Source of the DNA: Acidobacteriota bacterium
Lineage (GTDB): Bacteria; Acidobacteriota; Vicinamibacteria; Vicinamibacterales; 2-12-FULL-66-21
Assembly (NCBI GenBank): GCA_031361295.1
Contig: JANMCN010000133.1
Coordinates: 8,443 to 72,442 of the forward strand
DNA: 64,000 nucleotides
Direction: 5' to 3'
How positions within the stretch are numbered: the first letter of the stretch is position 1; every line of letters begins with the position of its first letter. Shown one piece after another: positions 10,308 to 19,886 of this stretch. The position numbers and the translations under genes were made by a program. The notes below the pieces were generated by a model. That model worked only from the letters and a program-made list of their open reading frames with translations, ran no database searches and was not told the DNA's origin.

Positions 10308-12549
10308 GTGCGGCCTCGAACCGGGGCCGTCCGTGCAGTGAGCGAAGCCCCGGGTCCACGCCAAGGAACACGCAGCCGCCGATGTGGAGTTCGACCATCC
10401 GTTCGACATGGTCGATCGCTTCGTCGATACGGCCGACGTTGTGCAGGACGATCGCGAAGGCGAAATTGATCATGGGCGCCGGCGCCGCCGTCGTCACGGT
10501 CTCCATCATCTCGAGGCGCTTGCGCCAGTAGCCCTGGGGGCCGCCTTGACGGAAGGCCTCGAGCAGCGCCCGGCCGTCGAACGTCACTCCCCAGTACCGC
10601 TGGTGGGAAATCAGCTCGGCGGCTTTCTCGTACTCCCCGAGCGCTTCGTACGACGAGATCAGCACGTTGCCCGCTTCCTCGAACCCGGGAACGATCTCGC
10701 GCGTCTTCAGGGCTTCCCGCGCCGCATCCGCGGGACGCCCGGCGAAGTGGTGCATCCACGACACCCCGGCATTGATGAAGAGCGACAGCGGATCCAGGTC
10801 GCGCGCATGGAGCGCGTGCTCCCTGGCCTCGTCGTGCCGTCCGCAGGTGCCGAGCACGAGGCCGTAGACCGAATGCGCGAGCGCGAGGTTGGGATTGAGC
10901 TTGATCGCCGCCTGGAGCTCCCGCTCGGCGCCGGCCCAGTCCCACCCCCAGAACAGCCGCTCGATCCCGAGCGTCACGTGCGCATCGGCCAGGTTCGGAT
11001 CGAGCTCCACCGCGCGGCGCGCGGCCGCGCCAGCCCGAGGAAAGCCCTCCCCCGGCGGCACGACGCCGTAGTACGCCATCGCGCCGAATGCGTCGCCGAG
11101 CCCGGCGTACGCGAGCGCGTACGAGGGATCGAACTCGATCGCGCGCTCGAAGTGGTCCCGCGCCCGCCTCAGGCTGTCCTGTGAGAAGTTGTTCCAGTGA
11201 TACCGCCCGCGCAGGTACTCCTGATACGCGTCGGGGTTCACGGTCGCGCGCGCGCGCAGCTTCTTCTTCTGCTCGCCGGTGAGCTTCAAGCGCAGCGATT
11301 CGGAGATCTGCCACGCGATTTCTTCCTGGACGACGATGAGGTCTGCGCTCTTCTGCCGAAACTGCTCGCCCCAGAGTTGCGACTCGGTGTTCGTGTCGAC
11401 GAGCTCGGCCTGGATATTGAGCACGTCACCCTGGCGGAGAATACGGCCGGTGAGGATCGTGCGTGCGTTGAGCGCCAGGCCGACGGTCGCGGGATCCGCC
11501 TGCAGCCCTTTGTACCGAAACGCCACGCTCCGCGGGATCACCCGGATGCCGGACAGCTGCGACAGGCTGTTGATCACGCTCTCGGTGATCCCGTCGGCGA
11601 TGTATTCGATCTGCGGATCGCCGGCAGGATTGAGGAACGGCAGAACGGCCAGAGACTTGCCACGCAGCCGGGGCCTGCGGCCGGCCGATCCGCCCGTCGA
11701 TCCACTGAGCAGGGAGCGGAGCGCCAGCGCGAGATCCTGGCCCGACGCGAACCGCCGCTCCCGATCGCGCTCGACGCAGCGCGAGAGCACCGATCGCAGT
11801 TCCTGCGGCGCGAGGGGGTCGAACGCCGACAGCACCGGCAGGCTGTCGTGCATCAGGCTCGCCACGATCTCCTGCGGCGTGGCGCCGTCGAAGAGCCGGC
11901 GTCCGCTGAGCATCTCGTAGATCAGGCACCCGGTCGCGAAGATGTCGCTTCGGCCATCGACACGCTCCCCGAGCACCTGCTCGGGCGACATGTAGCCGAA
12001 CGTACCCAGCACGACACCCAGCGCCGTACGGGCCATCGTCCCCGCCTCGGTCGCGCCGTCGGTCAGCCGCAGGCGCTGCAGCGCGAGGCCGAAATCCAGG
12101 ATCTTCACGCCGTCGCCGGCCGTCAGAAAAATATTTTCCGGCTTCAAATCGCGGTGGACGACCCCCTTGGCGTGTGCCGCCGACAGCCCATCCGCGATTG
12201 CGCTGCCGATGCGCACGGCCTCGCGCCAGCCGAGGGCCCCCTTCCGCAGGCGGCTCCGGAGTGTTTCACCTTCGAGCAGCTCCATCACGGCCACCGGAAA
12301 GCCATCGAAGAAGGCCAGTTCGTAAATGGAGAGGATATTGGGGTGCGAGAGCGACGCGATTGACCTGGCTTCGGTCTCGAAGCGCTGCCGCATCTCCGGA
12401 TCCGAAGCCACGTGATCCGCCATGACCTTGATGGCCACGTCGCGCTCGAGCCGGGTATCCCGCGCTCGATACACCTCGCCCATGCCCCCCGACCCGAGTG
12501 GGGCGAGGATTTCGTACTGGGCGAGGCGGAGCCCGGGAGTCAACAGCAT
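10246..12549 (-). CDS. Ser/Thr protein kinase with TolB-like and TPR domains
   Basis: GSGGMGEVY, AIK, HRDLKPEN, DFG, SPE; SLAVLPF domain; C-terminal TPR repeats. Confidence 0.92.
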   Translation of the reverse strand: MLLTPGLRLAQYEILAPLGSGGMGEVYRARDTRLERDVAIKVMADHVASDPEMRQRFETEARSIASLSHPNILSIYELAFFDGFPVAVMELLEGETLRSRLRKGALGWREAVRIGSAIADGLSAAHAKGVVHRDLKPENIFLTAGDGVKILDFGLALQRLRLTDGATEAGTMARTALGVVLGTFGYMSPEQVLGERVDGRSDIFATGCLIYEMLSGRRLFDGATPQEIVASLMHDSLPVLSAFDPLAPQELRSVLSRCVERDRERRFASGQDLALALRSLLSGSTGGSAGRRPRLRGKSLAVLPFLNPAGDPQIEYIADGITESVINSLSQLSGIRVIPRSVAFRYKGLQADPATVGLALNARTILTGRILRQGDVLNIQAELVDTNTESQLWGEQFRQKSADLIVVQEEIAWQISESLRLKLTGEQKKKLRARATVNPDAYQEYLRGRYHWNNFSQDSLRRARDHFERAIEFDPSYALAYAGLGDAFGAMAYYGVVPPGEGFPRAGAAARRAVELDPNLADAHVTLGIERLFWGWDWAGAERELQAAIKLNPNLALAHSVYGLVLGTCGRHDEAREHALHARDLDPLSLFINAGVSWMHHFAGRPADAAREALKTREIVPGFEEAGNVLISSYEALGEYEKAAELISHQRYWGVTFDGRALLEAFRQGGPQGYWRKRLEMMETVTTAAPAPMINFAFAIVLHNVGRIDEAIDHVERMVELHIGGCVFLGVDPGLRSLHGRPRFEAALKRIGVPLRQTASAAHTTST

Positions 12550-12741
12550 CGAGACCTGGAATGCCCCATTGTACGCGGAAGAGACGTGCCAATGACGCAG
12601 GGTCGGTTCGCTCAGACCCGGGAAACTCGGCTCAGCACACGGCGCACGCGGATGCCTGGACTCGTCGTTCGCGACCAAAGACCGTGCCGCCTTCGGCTTC
12701 CGCCTTCGAACGATTCGCCGCCGCCGATCGGTACTGAGTCA

Positions 12742-14127
12742 TCAGGCGCCGAGTTGGCGGAACGCCGCCATGCCGCCACTGACATTGACGGCGGAGCTGA
12801 AGCCCGCGCGCGCCAGGATGCTGGCGGCGAGCGCTGAACGGCTCCCACTCTCGCAGATGGTTGCAACGACGTGGTCCCGCGGCACCTCGCCGATGCGCTC
12901 GACCAGGTGGGCGACGGGCACGTTCAGCGAGCCGGCGATGTGGCCGGCCCGCCATTCCACGTCGGTCCGCACGTCGAGAACGGTTATTCGGGCGCCGCGT
13001 CTGATGCGCGCGTCCAGATCTCTGGGGGGCAGCCTCGTGATCCGCGCCGAGGGGAGTTCGGCCGCCTTCCAGGCCGGCGCACCTCCGTCCACATACCCGA
13101 TGACCGCATCGAGCCCTACGCGCAGCAGCTGGCGGCTCGCGTCCGCCGCGGCGCTCGCGTCCGGCGCGAGGAGAACGATACGCGCACCCGCCGGAATCAC
13201 CCATCCGGCCCAGTACCCCACCTTCGGTCCGAATGCAATGTTGAGGGCGCCCGCAGGGTGAAACGCCGCGAACGCGTCCGCGCTGCGCAGGTCCACCAGG
13301 ATGGCTCCGTCGTCCACCGCGCTCTGGGCGGTGGCCGGATCGACAGCGCCGAGGCCGGCCCAGGACTCCGCCAGACCCAGCAGCGTCGGGCCGTCCCGGT
13401 TGATCGTTTTCATGCGGGCGAAGTAGGGCGGGGTCTCGGGGAGATCCGCCAGGACCGCTGCGACGAAACCGTCGCGCGTCGTCGGGCGCAGCATCGGGTT
13501 GGTCGTGCGCTCGCGTCCGATGGTCGATGAGGGTTCTGCGCTGATGTGCGCGCCGCACAGCGAGCCGGCGCCGTGCCCGGGATGGACTTCGACCGATTCG
13601 TCCAGCGCCAGAATCTTATCCATGAGCGAGTCGTAGAGCTCTCCCGCAAGGGTGCGCATCTGGTCGGGACCGAGCAGGTCTGGGCGCCCGACGGCACCGA
13701 CGAACAGCGTATCGCCTGTAAAGAGGCGGGCGGCCTCGCTGTCTCCGGAGGCCAGCAGGCACAGATGTTCAGGCGTGTGTCCCGGCGTGTGAAGGAACTC
13801 GAGCGCGAGATCGCCGAAGGGCATCCGCTCGCCGTGGCGGATTTCGTGAGCCGGGAACCCGAGATCCGAGCCAGGCCCGGCGAAGATCCGGGCTCCCGTC
13901 GCGGCGAGCTCGCGGGCGCCAGATACGAAGTCCGCATGGATGTGCGTCTCGATCGCGGCGACGATCTCGATGCCCCGCTGCCGCGCGGCTGTGACATAGA
14001 TGTCAACGTCGCGCCTCGGATCGATGATCACCCCCGTCCGCGCACGGTCGCACGCGAGGAGGTAGGACGCCTGTGCGAGCCCTTCATCGAAAAAGCGGAG
14101 AAACATTACGGAACCAGAGTCGATCAT
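12742..14127 (-). CDS. MBL-fold persulfide dioxygenase-like protein fused to two rhodanese domains
   Basis: THIHADF, HTPGHT, GDTLF, PGHGAGSLCG; C-terminal rhodanese loop CESGSRS. Confidence 0.9.
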   Translation of the reverse strand: MIDSGSVMFLRFFDEGLAQASYLLACDRARTGVIIDPRRDVDIYVTAARQRGIEIVAAIETHIHADFVSGARELAATGARIFAGPGSDLGFPAHEIRHGERMPFGDLALEFLHTPGHTPEHLCLLASGDSEAARLFTGDTLFVGAVGRPDLLGPDQMRTLAGELYDSLMDKILALDESVEVHPGHGAGSLCGAHISAEPSSTIGRERTTNPMLRPTTRDGFVAAVLADLPETPPYFARMKTINRDGPTLLGLAESWAGLGAVDPATAQSAVDDGAILVDLRSADAFAAFHPAGALNIAFGPKVGYWAGWVIPAGARIVLLAPDASAAADASRQLLRVGLDAVIGYVDGGAPAWKAAELPSARITRLPPRDLDARIRRGARITVLDVRTDVEWRAGHIAGSLNVPVAHLVERIGEVPRDHVVATICESGSRSALAASILARAGFSSAVNVSGGMAAFRQLGA

Positions 14128-14199
14128 AACGCCTCCGCGGAGGGCGCTGGACCATATCGGGATAGAATGCCGCCCGAGGGATCGCTCTCAGTCCTACCA

Positions 14200-15030
14200 G
14201 TGCCTGCCGTCACTCCGGCCATCGTCGCCACCGTGATGGCCGCCGGGGCCGTCGCCGGCGGCCTGGGCTCGCTCCTGGGAATCGGCGGCGGCGTGTTCCT
14301 GGTGCCGTTCCTCAACGCCGCCCTGGGGATCGACTTCAAGGTCGCCGCCGCCATCAGCCTGATCACGGTCATCGCCACGTCGAGCGCAGTCTCCGCCGGC
14401 ACCGCCGGACGCAATCTGATCAACCTGCGCCTCGGCATGATCCTCGAAGTCGCCTCGGCGGCCGGAGGCCTTGCCGCCGCGACGACGATGGCGTACGTGT
14501 CGGATGTCGCGCTCGAGCGCGGGTTCGCCGTCGTCGCCGCGCTCGTCTCGGTGCTGATGCTGTCTCGACTCGGGCGGCGCAACGTGATCCTCGACGCGCA
14601 TTTGGATCCCGGCACACTGGGAGGCCGGTACTACGACGATGAAAGCGGCGCCGAGGTGATCTACCGTGTGAGGCGGCTGCCGGCCGCGCTGGCGATTTCG
14701 TTCGCCGCGGGGAACGTCTCGGCCGCTTTCGGGATCGGCGGCGGCATTCTGAAAGTGCCGGCGCTGAACGCCTGGTGCGGCGTTCCCATGCGCGCGGCGG
14801 CGGCCACGAGCTCGCTCATGATCGGCGTCACCGCGGCCGCGTCCGTCCCAATCCAATACGCCCACGGCTATGTCAACCCGCCGCTGGCCGCCGGTGCGGT
14901 CCTTGGCGTCCTGGTGGGCTCGAGGGCCGGCTTGTGGGTCGGGGCCCGTGCCCCTTCGAAATGGCTGAAGATCCTGATGGCGGCCGTCCTCGCCGCCGTG
15001 GCGGTGATCTACCTCCGGAGAACATTGTGA
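14200..15030 (+). CDS. Sulfite exporter TauE/SafE family protein
   Basis: Two GIGGG repeats and multiple TM helices; start approximate (14167 or 14200). Confidence 0.88.
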   Translation: MPAVTPAIVATVMAAGAVAGGLGSLLGIGGGVFLVPFLNAALGIDFKVAAAISLITVIATSSAVSAGTAGRNLINLRLGMILEVASAAGGLAAATTMAYVSDVALERGFAVVAALVSVLMLSRLGRRNVILDAHLDPGTLGGRYYDDESGAEVIYRVRRLPAALAISFAAGNVSAAFGIGGGILKVPALNAWCGVPMRAAAATSSLMIGVTAAASVPIQYAHGYVNPPLAAGAVLGVLVGSRAGLWVGARAPSKWLKILMAAVLAAVAVIYLRRTL

Positions 15031-15335
15031 CGCCAGGGTCCGGGTCGCTGGGGGAGCTCGAACGACACCTCGGGCGGCTTCTCGTCGTCGGCGTCGTCGT
15101 GAGCGCGGTGCTGCTCGCGGGAGGCCTGGCGCTGTGGCTCGTGGATCCGCGGGGGCCTGTCGCGCTCGGGCTCCTGGATGCGGGGCTGCTCGCGCTGATG
15201 GCCACGCCGATCCTGCGGGTCGTGGTCTCGTTCGCGGAATATGTCCGGATGCGGGACTGGTTCTTCGCGGCGATGACGATCGCCGTCCTGGCCGAGCTGA
15301 CGCTGACGGTCGTGGTGGCCTTCCGCAGGCGATGA
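15027..15335 (+). CDS. DUF1634 family small membrane protein
   Basis: GLLALMATPILRV motif; GTGA overlap with the TauE gene. Confidence 0.8.
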   Translation: MTPGSGSLGELERHLGRLLVVGVVVSAVLLAGGLALWLVDPRGPVALGLLDAGLLALMATPILRVVVSFAEYVRMRDWFFAAMTIAVLAELTLTVVVAFRRR

Positions 15336-15336
15336 T

Positions 15337-16395
15337 CTACGTCGCTTCCTTCTCTCCGAAGGCCTCGGGACTCGTCGGGATGCCCCCCTGGCTCACCGTT
15401 TCGGCGACCTCGTGCAGCCGGGCCTGCGCCGCGGCCCGCATCCGGTCGAGCAGCTCCGAAATACGCTGCGCCTGGTGGACGACCGTGGCGAGGTCCTGCT
15501 GCAGGTGGGGATCCGGGTAGCCGCGTTCCAGCAGATCGCAATGGCCGATGATGGTCTGCAGCGCGCTGTTCATCTCGGCGGCCATCGACAGGGTCAGCTC
15601 GGACATCACTTCCATCGACCGGTATTTTCCCACGGCAATCTGCAGCTGCTGGGCGACGTGGGCGACCGCAAAGATTTCCGCGATGGGCTGCAGGATCTCG
15701 ATGTGCTGCGGCTCGAAGGCTGACGGCTGGCGCGAGACCAGGTTGAGGGTGCCAACCGCTCGGCCCCTGGTCAGGAGCGGCAGCAAGAGGGCGGACCGGA
15801 GCCCGGCGCTGTGCAGCACGTTCACGTCGAGGAAGTCCGGCGCGCCAGCGCTCGTGTCGTTGAGCACGAGCGGCTCGCGCGACCTCACCACGGAGCCGAT
15901 GGCGGTCCGTTCCGTCTTGAAGATCATGTCCGGCCTCGGCCGCGACCGCCGCTCATCGTGGTTCACGCGCGCCGTGTACGTCTGGAACTCTTGCCCGTCT
16001 TCCGAGAGCAGCGCCAGCCCCACGCGGTCGCACGCGACGAGCCGGACGATACGCTCCGCCAGCGCCTGGAACGCGAGCGGCACGTCGATGGACCGGGCGA
16101 CGACCTGCAGCACCGCGTTCGACAACTCGAGCTGCACCACCTGGTCCAGCGTCCGGATGTGCGCCTGCTCGTGCTCATCGATCGCGCGCGTGTAGCGGAG
16201 GATGCGGCGGGTCGAAACCGTGGCGAGCGTCAGAATCACCGCCCACGCGGCCACGGCCTGGACCATCGCGCCGCGTGAGTACGGGACCCCGCCGGGTGTG
16301 CCGTGCGGCGACCACGCCATGGCCTGGATCACAGCAAATGCGCCGACCACGCCCCAGGTGGCCCAGATCGCTCCGCGCGGCCGGTTGAAGGTCAT
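15337..16395 (-). CDS. Membrane-anchored GAF domain protein with degenerate HisKA-like helix (pseudo-histidine kinase)
   Basis: 2 TM, GAF (SALLLPL..RGRAVGTLNL), AAEMNSALQTIIGHCDLL at the H-box position, no HATPase domain. Confidence 0.8.
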   Translation of the reverse strand: MTFNRPRGAIWATWGVVGAFAVIQAMAWSPHGTPGGVPYSRGAMVQAVAAWAVILTLATVSTRRILRYTRAIDEHEQAHIRTLDQVVQLELSNAVLQVVARSIDVPLAFQALAERIVRLVACDRVGLALLSEDGQEFQTYTARVNHDERRSRPRPDMIFKTERTAIGSVVRSREPLVLNDTSAGAPDFLDVNVLHSAGLRSALLLPLLTRGRAVGTLNLVSRQPSAFEPQHIEILQPIAEIFAVAHVAQQLQIAVGKYRSMEVMSELTLSMAAEMNSALQTIIGHCDLLERGYPDPHLQQDLATVVHQAQRISELLDRMRAAAQARLHEVAETVSQGGIPTSPEAFGEKEAT

Positions 16396-16571
16396 CCCCT
16401 GAGCCACTCTATTACGATTACGTCCTCCTCGGCTGGATACACGCCGTGATCCCGACGCGGCTACGTCTCGGATTGTGAGACGAACGTGCGACGACGGCGC
16501 AGCGCCGCGGCCTCGGTCGGGAGTACCGTCGGCGTGGAGCAATATACCGCAACGACCTCGCCTGACGGCCA

Positions 16572-19500
16572 TCAGTCTTCCGCGTCGAACGCTGTCAGCG
16601 CCGACTGGCGTTCCTCGTGGGGAATCAGGGGAAACGTCCCGAGAATGTGCGTGAGCTCGGTTCGGCTGAGGGCATAGAGCCGGGCCACGCGTGCCTGCAG
16701 GACCGCCGCGCTCCGGAGGTCGGCCGGATGTTTCGCAAGCCGCTCCGAGAGCGCCACGATCCGGTTGAAGGCGCGGCTGCCGGGCGCCACGACCGGCACG
16801 GCAAGGCGTTCGACAATCGAGACCGTCACGTGCGTGCCGACACGGAGCCGCACCAGATAGTTGGCGACGAAGCTGTTGAAGACTCCGCAGAGGAACTGCT
16901 GTACGTCTGCCGGCACGTTGCCCTTGAGGCAGAAGAGCGTGTGCGTCGTGATCGCATAGGCCGGGATGATTGCGGCGATCAGTGTCAAACGGTTCGTGGG
17001 AGACGCCACGTCGCGATAGGCGAGCCGCGGGTGCGAATACGTCCGGGTCGCATCCAGCAGCTTGCGGGCGACCCGCGCCGGCACCAGGAAGCGCGCCGCT
17101 CCAACATCGACGCTGAACGGCCCGATCTGCTTTCCTTCGAGAACCGGATGGTGAGCGGTGCGCGTGGGCCTGGCGGCGGCGCCGCCCCTCTGGCGCTCGA
17201 CGAAGTGCCGGCGGTCGTCGGTCGCATTCAGCTCCCTCCCGAACGCGACGCCCCATCCGGACGGGTCGCCGAGTGGGGGGACGGAGAAGGCGATGCCCGA
17301 GACTATTGCGACGTCCGCCGCTGTGCGCAGCTCGGGTACGGCGTATTGGTCGTCCGACAGCCGCGCCATCAGGGTCTGGGGGACCGGCACGGCCCCGGGA
17401 TCGTCTCCAACGTCCGGTAATTCGTCGAGTACGTCCGGCGAGCGCACGCCGAACCTGCAGGAGACTACGGGGCTCGAGCCGCCAGCCGTCGCGGTAATCA
17501 GGAGGAATTTGAGCGCCCGGTGAATCGGGAACAGGCCGGCGCGGTTCTCGATCGAGACGAACGTATCGACGTGCGTGCGCTGCAGCAGGTGCCGCCGAAG
17601 CGCCGCGCAGCCATGGTCGGAGGCGAATCCGGAGGGGAGCACGATCCCGATGCGGCCGCCGTCGCGCACGAGCGTCAGTCCCCGCTCGAGAAACAACTGA
17701 AAGAGGTTGACGTGGCCCTCTCCCTGCAGGCGGTAGATGCCCGACGCACGGGCAAAGTCCGTGAGTCCGGCTCCTTCATGCGCCGTCCCGCGGCCGCGCA
17801 GCATCTCCCACGGAGGATTCCCCACGACGGCATCGAAACCGGGAGAGGAGAGCGGCAGGCCGTCCGCCTCCTGGAACACTTCCGGGAACTCGAGCGGCCA
17901 GTGAAAGAACCGCTCTCGCTCGGCGACCCTGCGCGCCCGCTGGAGCAGGGGCGACGAGACGTGGGGTGGAAGGGCCGCGCCCCGCCCGAGGACCTCGTCG
18001 AGCAGCGCCCCGAAGATCGCGTTCCGCGGACCTGCGGCCGTGGGGGCTGTCTCGTCGAACCACCCGGCGCACCAGAGGTCAGCCGCGCGCCGGAACCGCG
18101 CCAGCGGCGCATCGTCGCGCATCAGAGAGGCCATCAGGCGCTCCTTCGCTCGCACTCGCTCCAGCGTGTCACCCGGGTCGGATGCCAGGGACTCACGGGC
18201 GAGAACCGCGGCCCCGAGCGCATTCGCCGCGGCGTCCGTGTCGAACAGCGGGAGCGGCGCCGCGCGCGTGCGGGCCCGCCGCCAGAACGGCGGCAGGCGC
18301 GCGACATCGGCGAGCGAGGCACCCGACAGGCTGTTGCCGGTGCGAAGATGGTGATCGAGAAATGTGAGCGGCCGATCCGCCGAGAGCGTCGCGAGCCAGA
18401 GCGACAATCTCCCGAGCTGCACTGCCATCGGGTTGATGTCCACCCCGAACAGGCACCGCTGCGCGACCATGCGACGGAACTCTGCGCGTTCCGACTCCGA
18501 GACATCGCCGGCCGCAACCACGCCGTCTCGGATGAGGGCCGCTTCGTAGGCCCCGGCGAGGTACCGGCAGGCCGCAACGAGAAACGCCCCGCTGCCCATC
18601 GCGGGATCCAACACCCGCAACGAGAGGATGTGGTCCGGCGAGCCCGCACGCACGAGAGGCGCGAGCGTCCGGCGAACGACATACTCCGTGAGCGCTCGCG
18701 GAGTGTAGAACGCACCCGACGCCTTGCGGCGCCCGGTCCGGACCAGCGTCAGGGCGCCGCGCTTGCCGTCGACCCAGGCGGGTTCAAAGTCGAGAATCCG
18801 TTCGTACACGCCTCCGAGCTGCTCGACGCCGAGGTCCCCGTACGCGATGCGCTTGCGGCCATCTCGACCCGCGTGCGTCGTCAGCGACAGCAGCACCTCC
18901 CTCACCGCGCCGTCGTCCAGAGCCACCGAGGAGGCGAGCGGAGCGTCCGCGGGCGAGAACAGCCGTCCGTTGAAGGGAGCGACGCGCAGCGTACCGGCAC
19001 GACACCCGCGGTGTGCGAGCCGCGACATGGCCTGGAGTGTCTCCCATATCCCCGTCGACCGGGCCTGCCGCTCAATCGGATCCCTGAGCGATTCAAGCGA
19101 GTAACTGTTGCGATAGGTCGGGTGCCACTTCGGCACGAGCCCGCGGGCCTCGGCAAACAGCAGGAACAGCAGTCGGTACAGGACGATCAGCGACTCATCG
19201 AAGAGAACGGCGATTGGCGGTAGCGGCCGATGCGTGCGGGCCTGTGCGAATGCCGCCACGAGACGGCTGAGCGCATCCTGGACCCCGCGCTGAAGCGAGT
19301 CGCGCACCGCAGTCCGATGTTGTTCTGAGATCGTGATTGCCGTATCGAAGAGGGGAGGCGCCTGGGCCGTGAACGCGGGCGCCCCCAGCAGCCGCCAGAA
19401 CACGCTGAACGCCTGCGGATGTCCGATCGTCGCGTCGAGGTCGAATTCCACGAACCGGCGTGAGTACGTCCGTCGGGCGTCGAACACGCGCACGGCAGGC

Positions 19501-19886
19501 CCGTTGACGCACAGGCACCACCGGAGGCCTCGGCCGATGCCCAGCAGTACGGCTTCGCGCCATGCAGCGCCGGGGTCCTGTCCCCATCCGGTGGCCAGCA
19601 CAACGGCCGCCCGGGCACCGCCGGCGTGCAGCACGGCGCGAAGGACTCCGCCGCCTTCGCCGGGTGTGAGGATCAGGCGGAATCCCAGCTCGGAGAACAG
19701 CGGGACGGCGACACGGTCGAAAACGTCGCGTGCACTGGAGGCGGGGCCCATGTCGCGCATCACCGTGGTGCGCCACGCCTGGAGGCGCCGGCGCGTCGGG
19801 GCGCTCTCGCTCTCGGATGCGGTCAAGTGAGGGTGATCCGCCAGCGCCTCCTGCGAGAGCAAGGAGCCCGAAAAGCCGACGATCAT
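16572..19886 (-). CDS. Large N6-adenine DNA methyltransferase (Eco57I/Type IIG-like, DISARM DrmMI-like)
   Basis: LYRLLFLLFAEAR, FNGRLF, LGGVYE, GAFYTP, VLDPAMGSGAFL (motif I), NPPW (motif IV); ATGA overlap with the helicase. Confidence 0.88.
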   Translation of the reverse strand: MIVGFSGSLLSQEALADHPHLTASESESAPTRRRLQAWRTTVMRDMGPASSARDVFDRVAVPLFSELGFRLILTPGEGGGVLRAVLHAGGARAAVVLATGWGQDPGAAWREAVLLGIGRGLRWCLCVNGPAVRVFDARRTYSRRFVEFDLDATIGHPQAFSVFWRLLGAPAFTAQAPPLFDTAITISEQHRTAVRDSLQRGVQDALSRLVAAFAQARTHRPLPPIAVLFDESLIVLYRLLFLLFAEARGLVPKWHPTYRNSYSLESLRDPIERQARSTGIWETLQAMSRLAHRGCRAGTLRVAPFNGRLFSPADAPLASSVALDDGAVREVLLSLTTHAGRDGRKRIAYGDLGVEQLGGVYERILDFEPAWVDGKRGALTLVRTGRRKASGAFYTPRALTEYVVRRTLAPLVRAGSPDHILSLRVLDPAMGSGAFLVAACRYLAGAYEAALIRDGVVAAGDVSESERAEFRRMVAQRCLFGVDINPMAVQLGRLSLWLATLSADRPLTFLDHHLRTGNSLSGASLADVARLPPFWRRARTRAAPLPLFDTDAAANALGAAVLARESLASDPGDTLERVRAKERLMASLMRDDAPLARFRRAADLWCAGWFDETAPTAAGPRNAIFGALLDEVLGRGAALPPHVSSPLLQRARRVAERERFFHWPLEFPEVFQEADGLPLSSPGFDAVVGNPPWEMLRGRGTAHEGAGLTDFARASGIYRLQGEGHVNLFQLFLERGLTLVRDGGRIGIVLPSGFASDHGCAALRRHLLQRTHVDTFVSIENRAGLFPIHRALKFLLITATAGGSSPVVSCRFGVRSPDVLDELPDVGDDPGAVPVPQTLMARLSDDQYAVPELRTAADVAIVSGIAFSVPPLGDPSGWGVAFGRELNATDDRRHFVERQRGGAAARPTRTAHHPVLEGKQIGPFSVDVGAARFLVPARVARKLLDATRTYSHPRLAYRDVASPTNRLTLIAAIIPAYAITTHTLFCLKGNVPADVQQFLCGVFNSFVANYLVRLRVGTHVTVSIVERLAVPVVAPGSRAFNRIVALSERLAKHPADLRSAAVLQARVARLYALSRTELTHILGTFPLIPHEERQSALTAFDAED

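Noticed and set aside
12742-15335. MBL-rhodanese plus TauE plus DUF1634 as a novel system
   Set aside because: A known, widespread sulfur-handling gene association.
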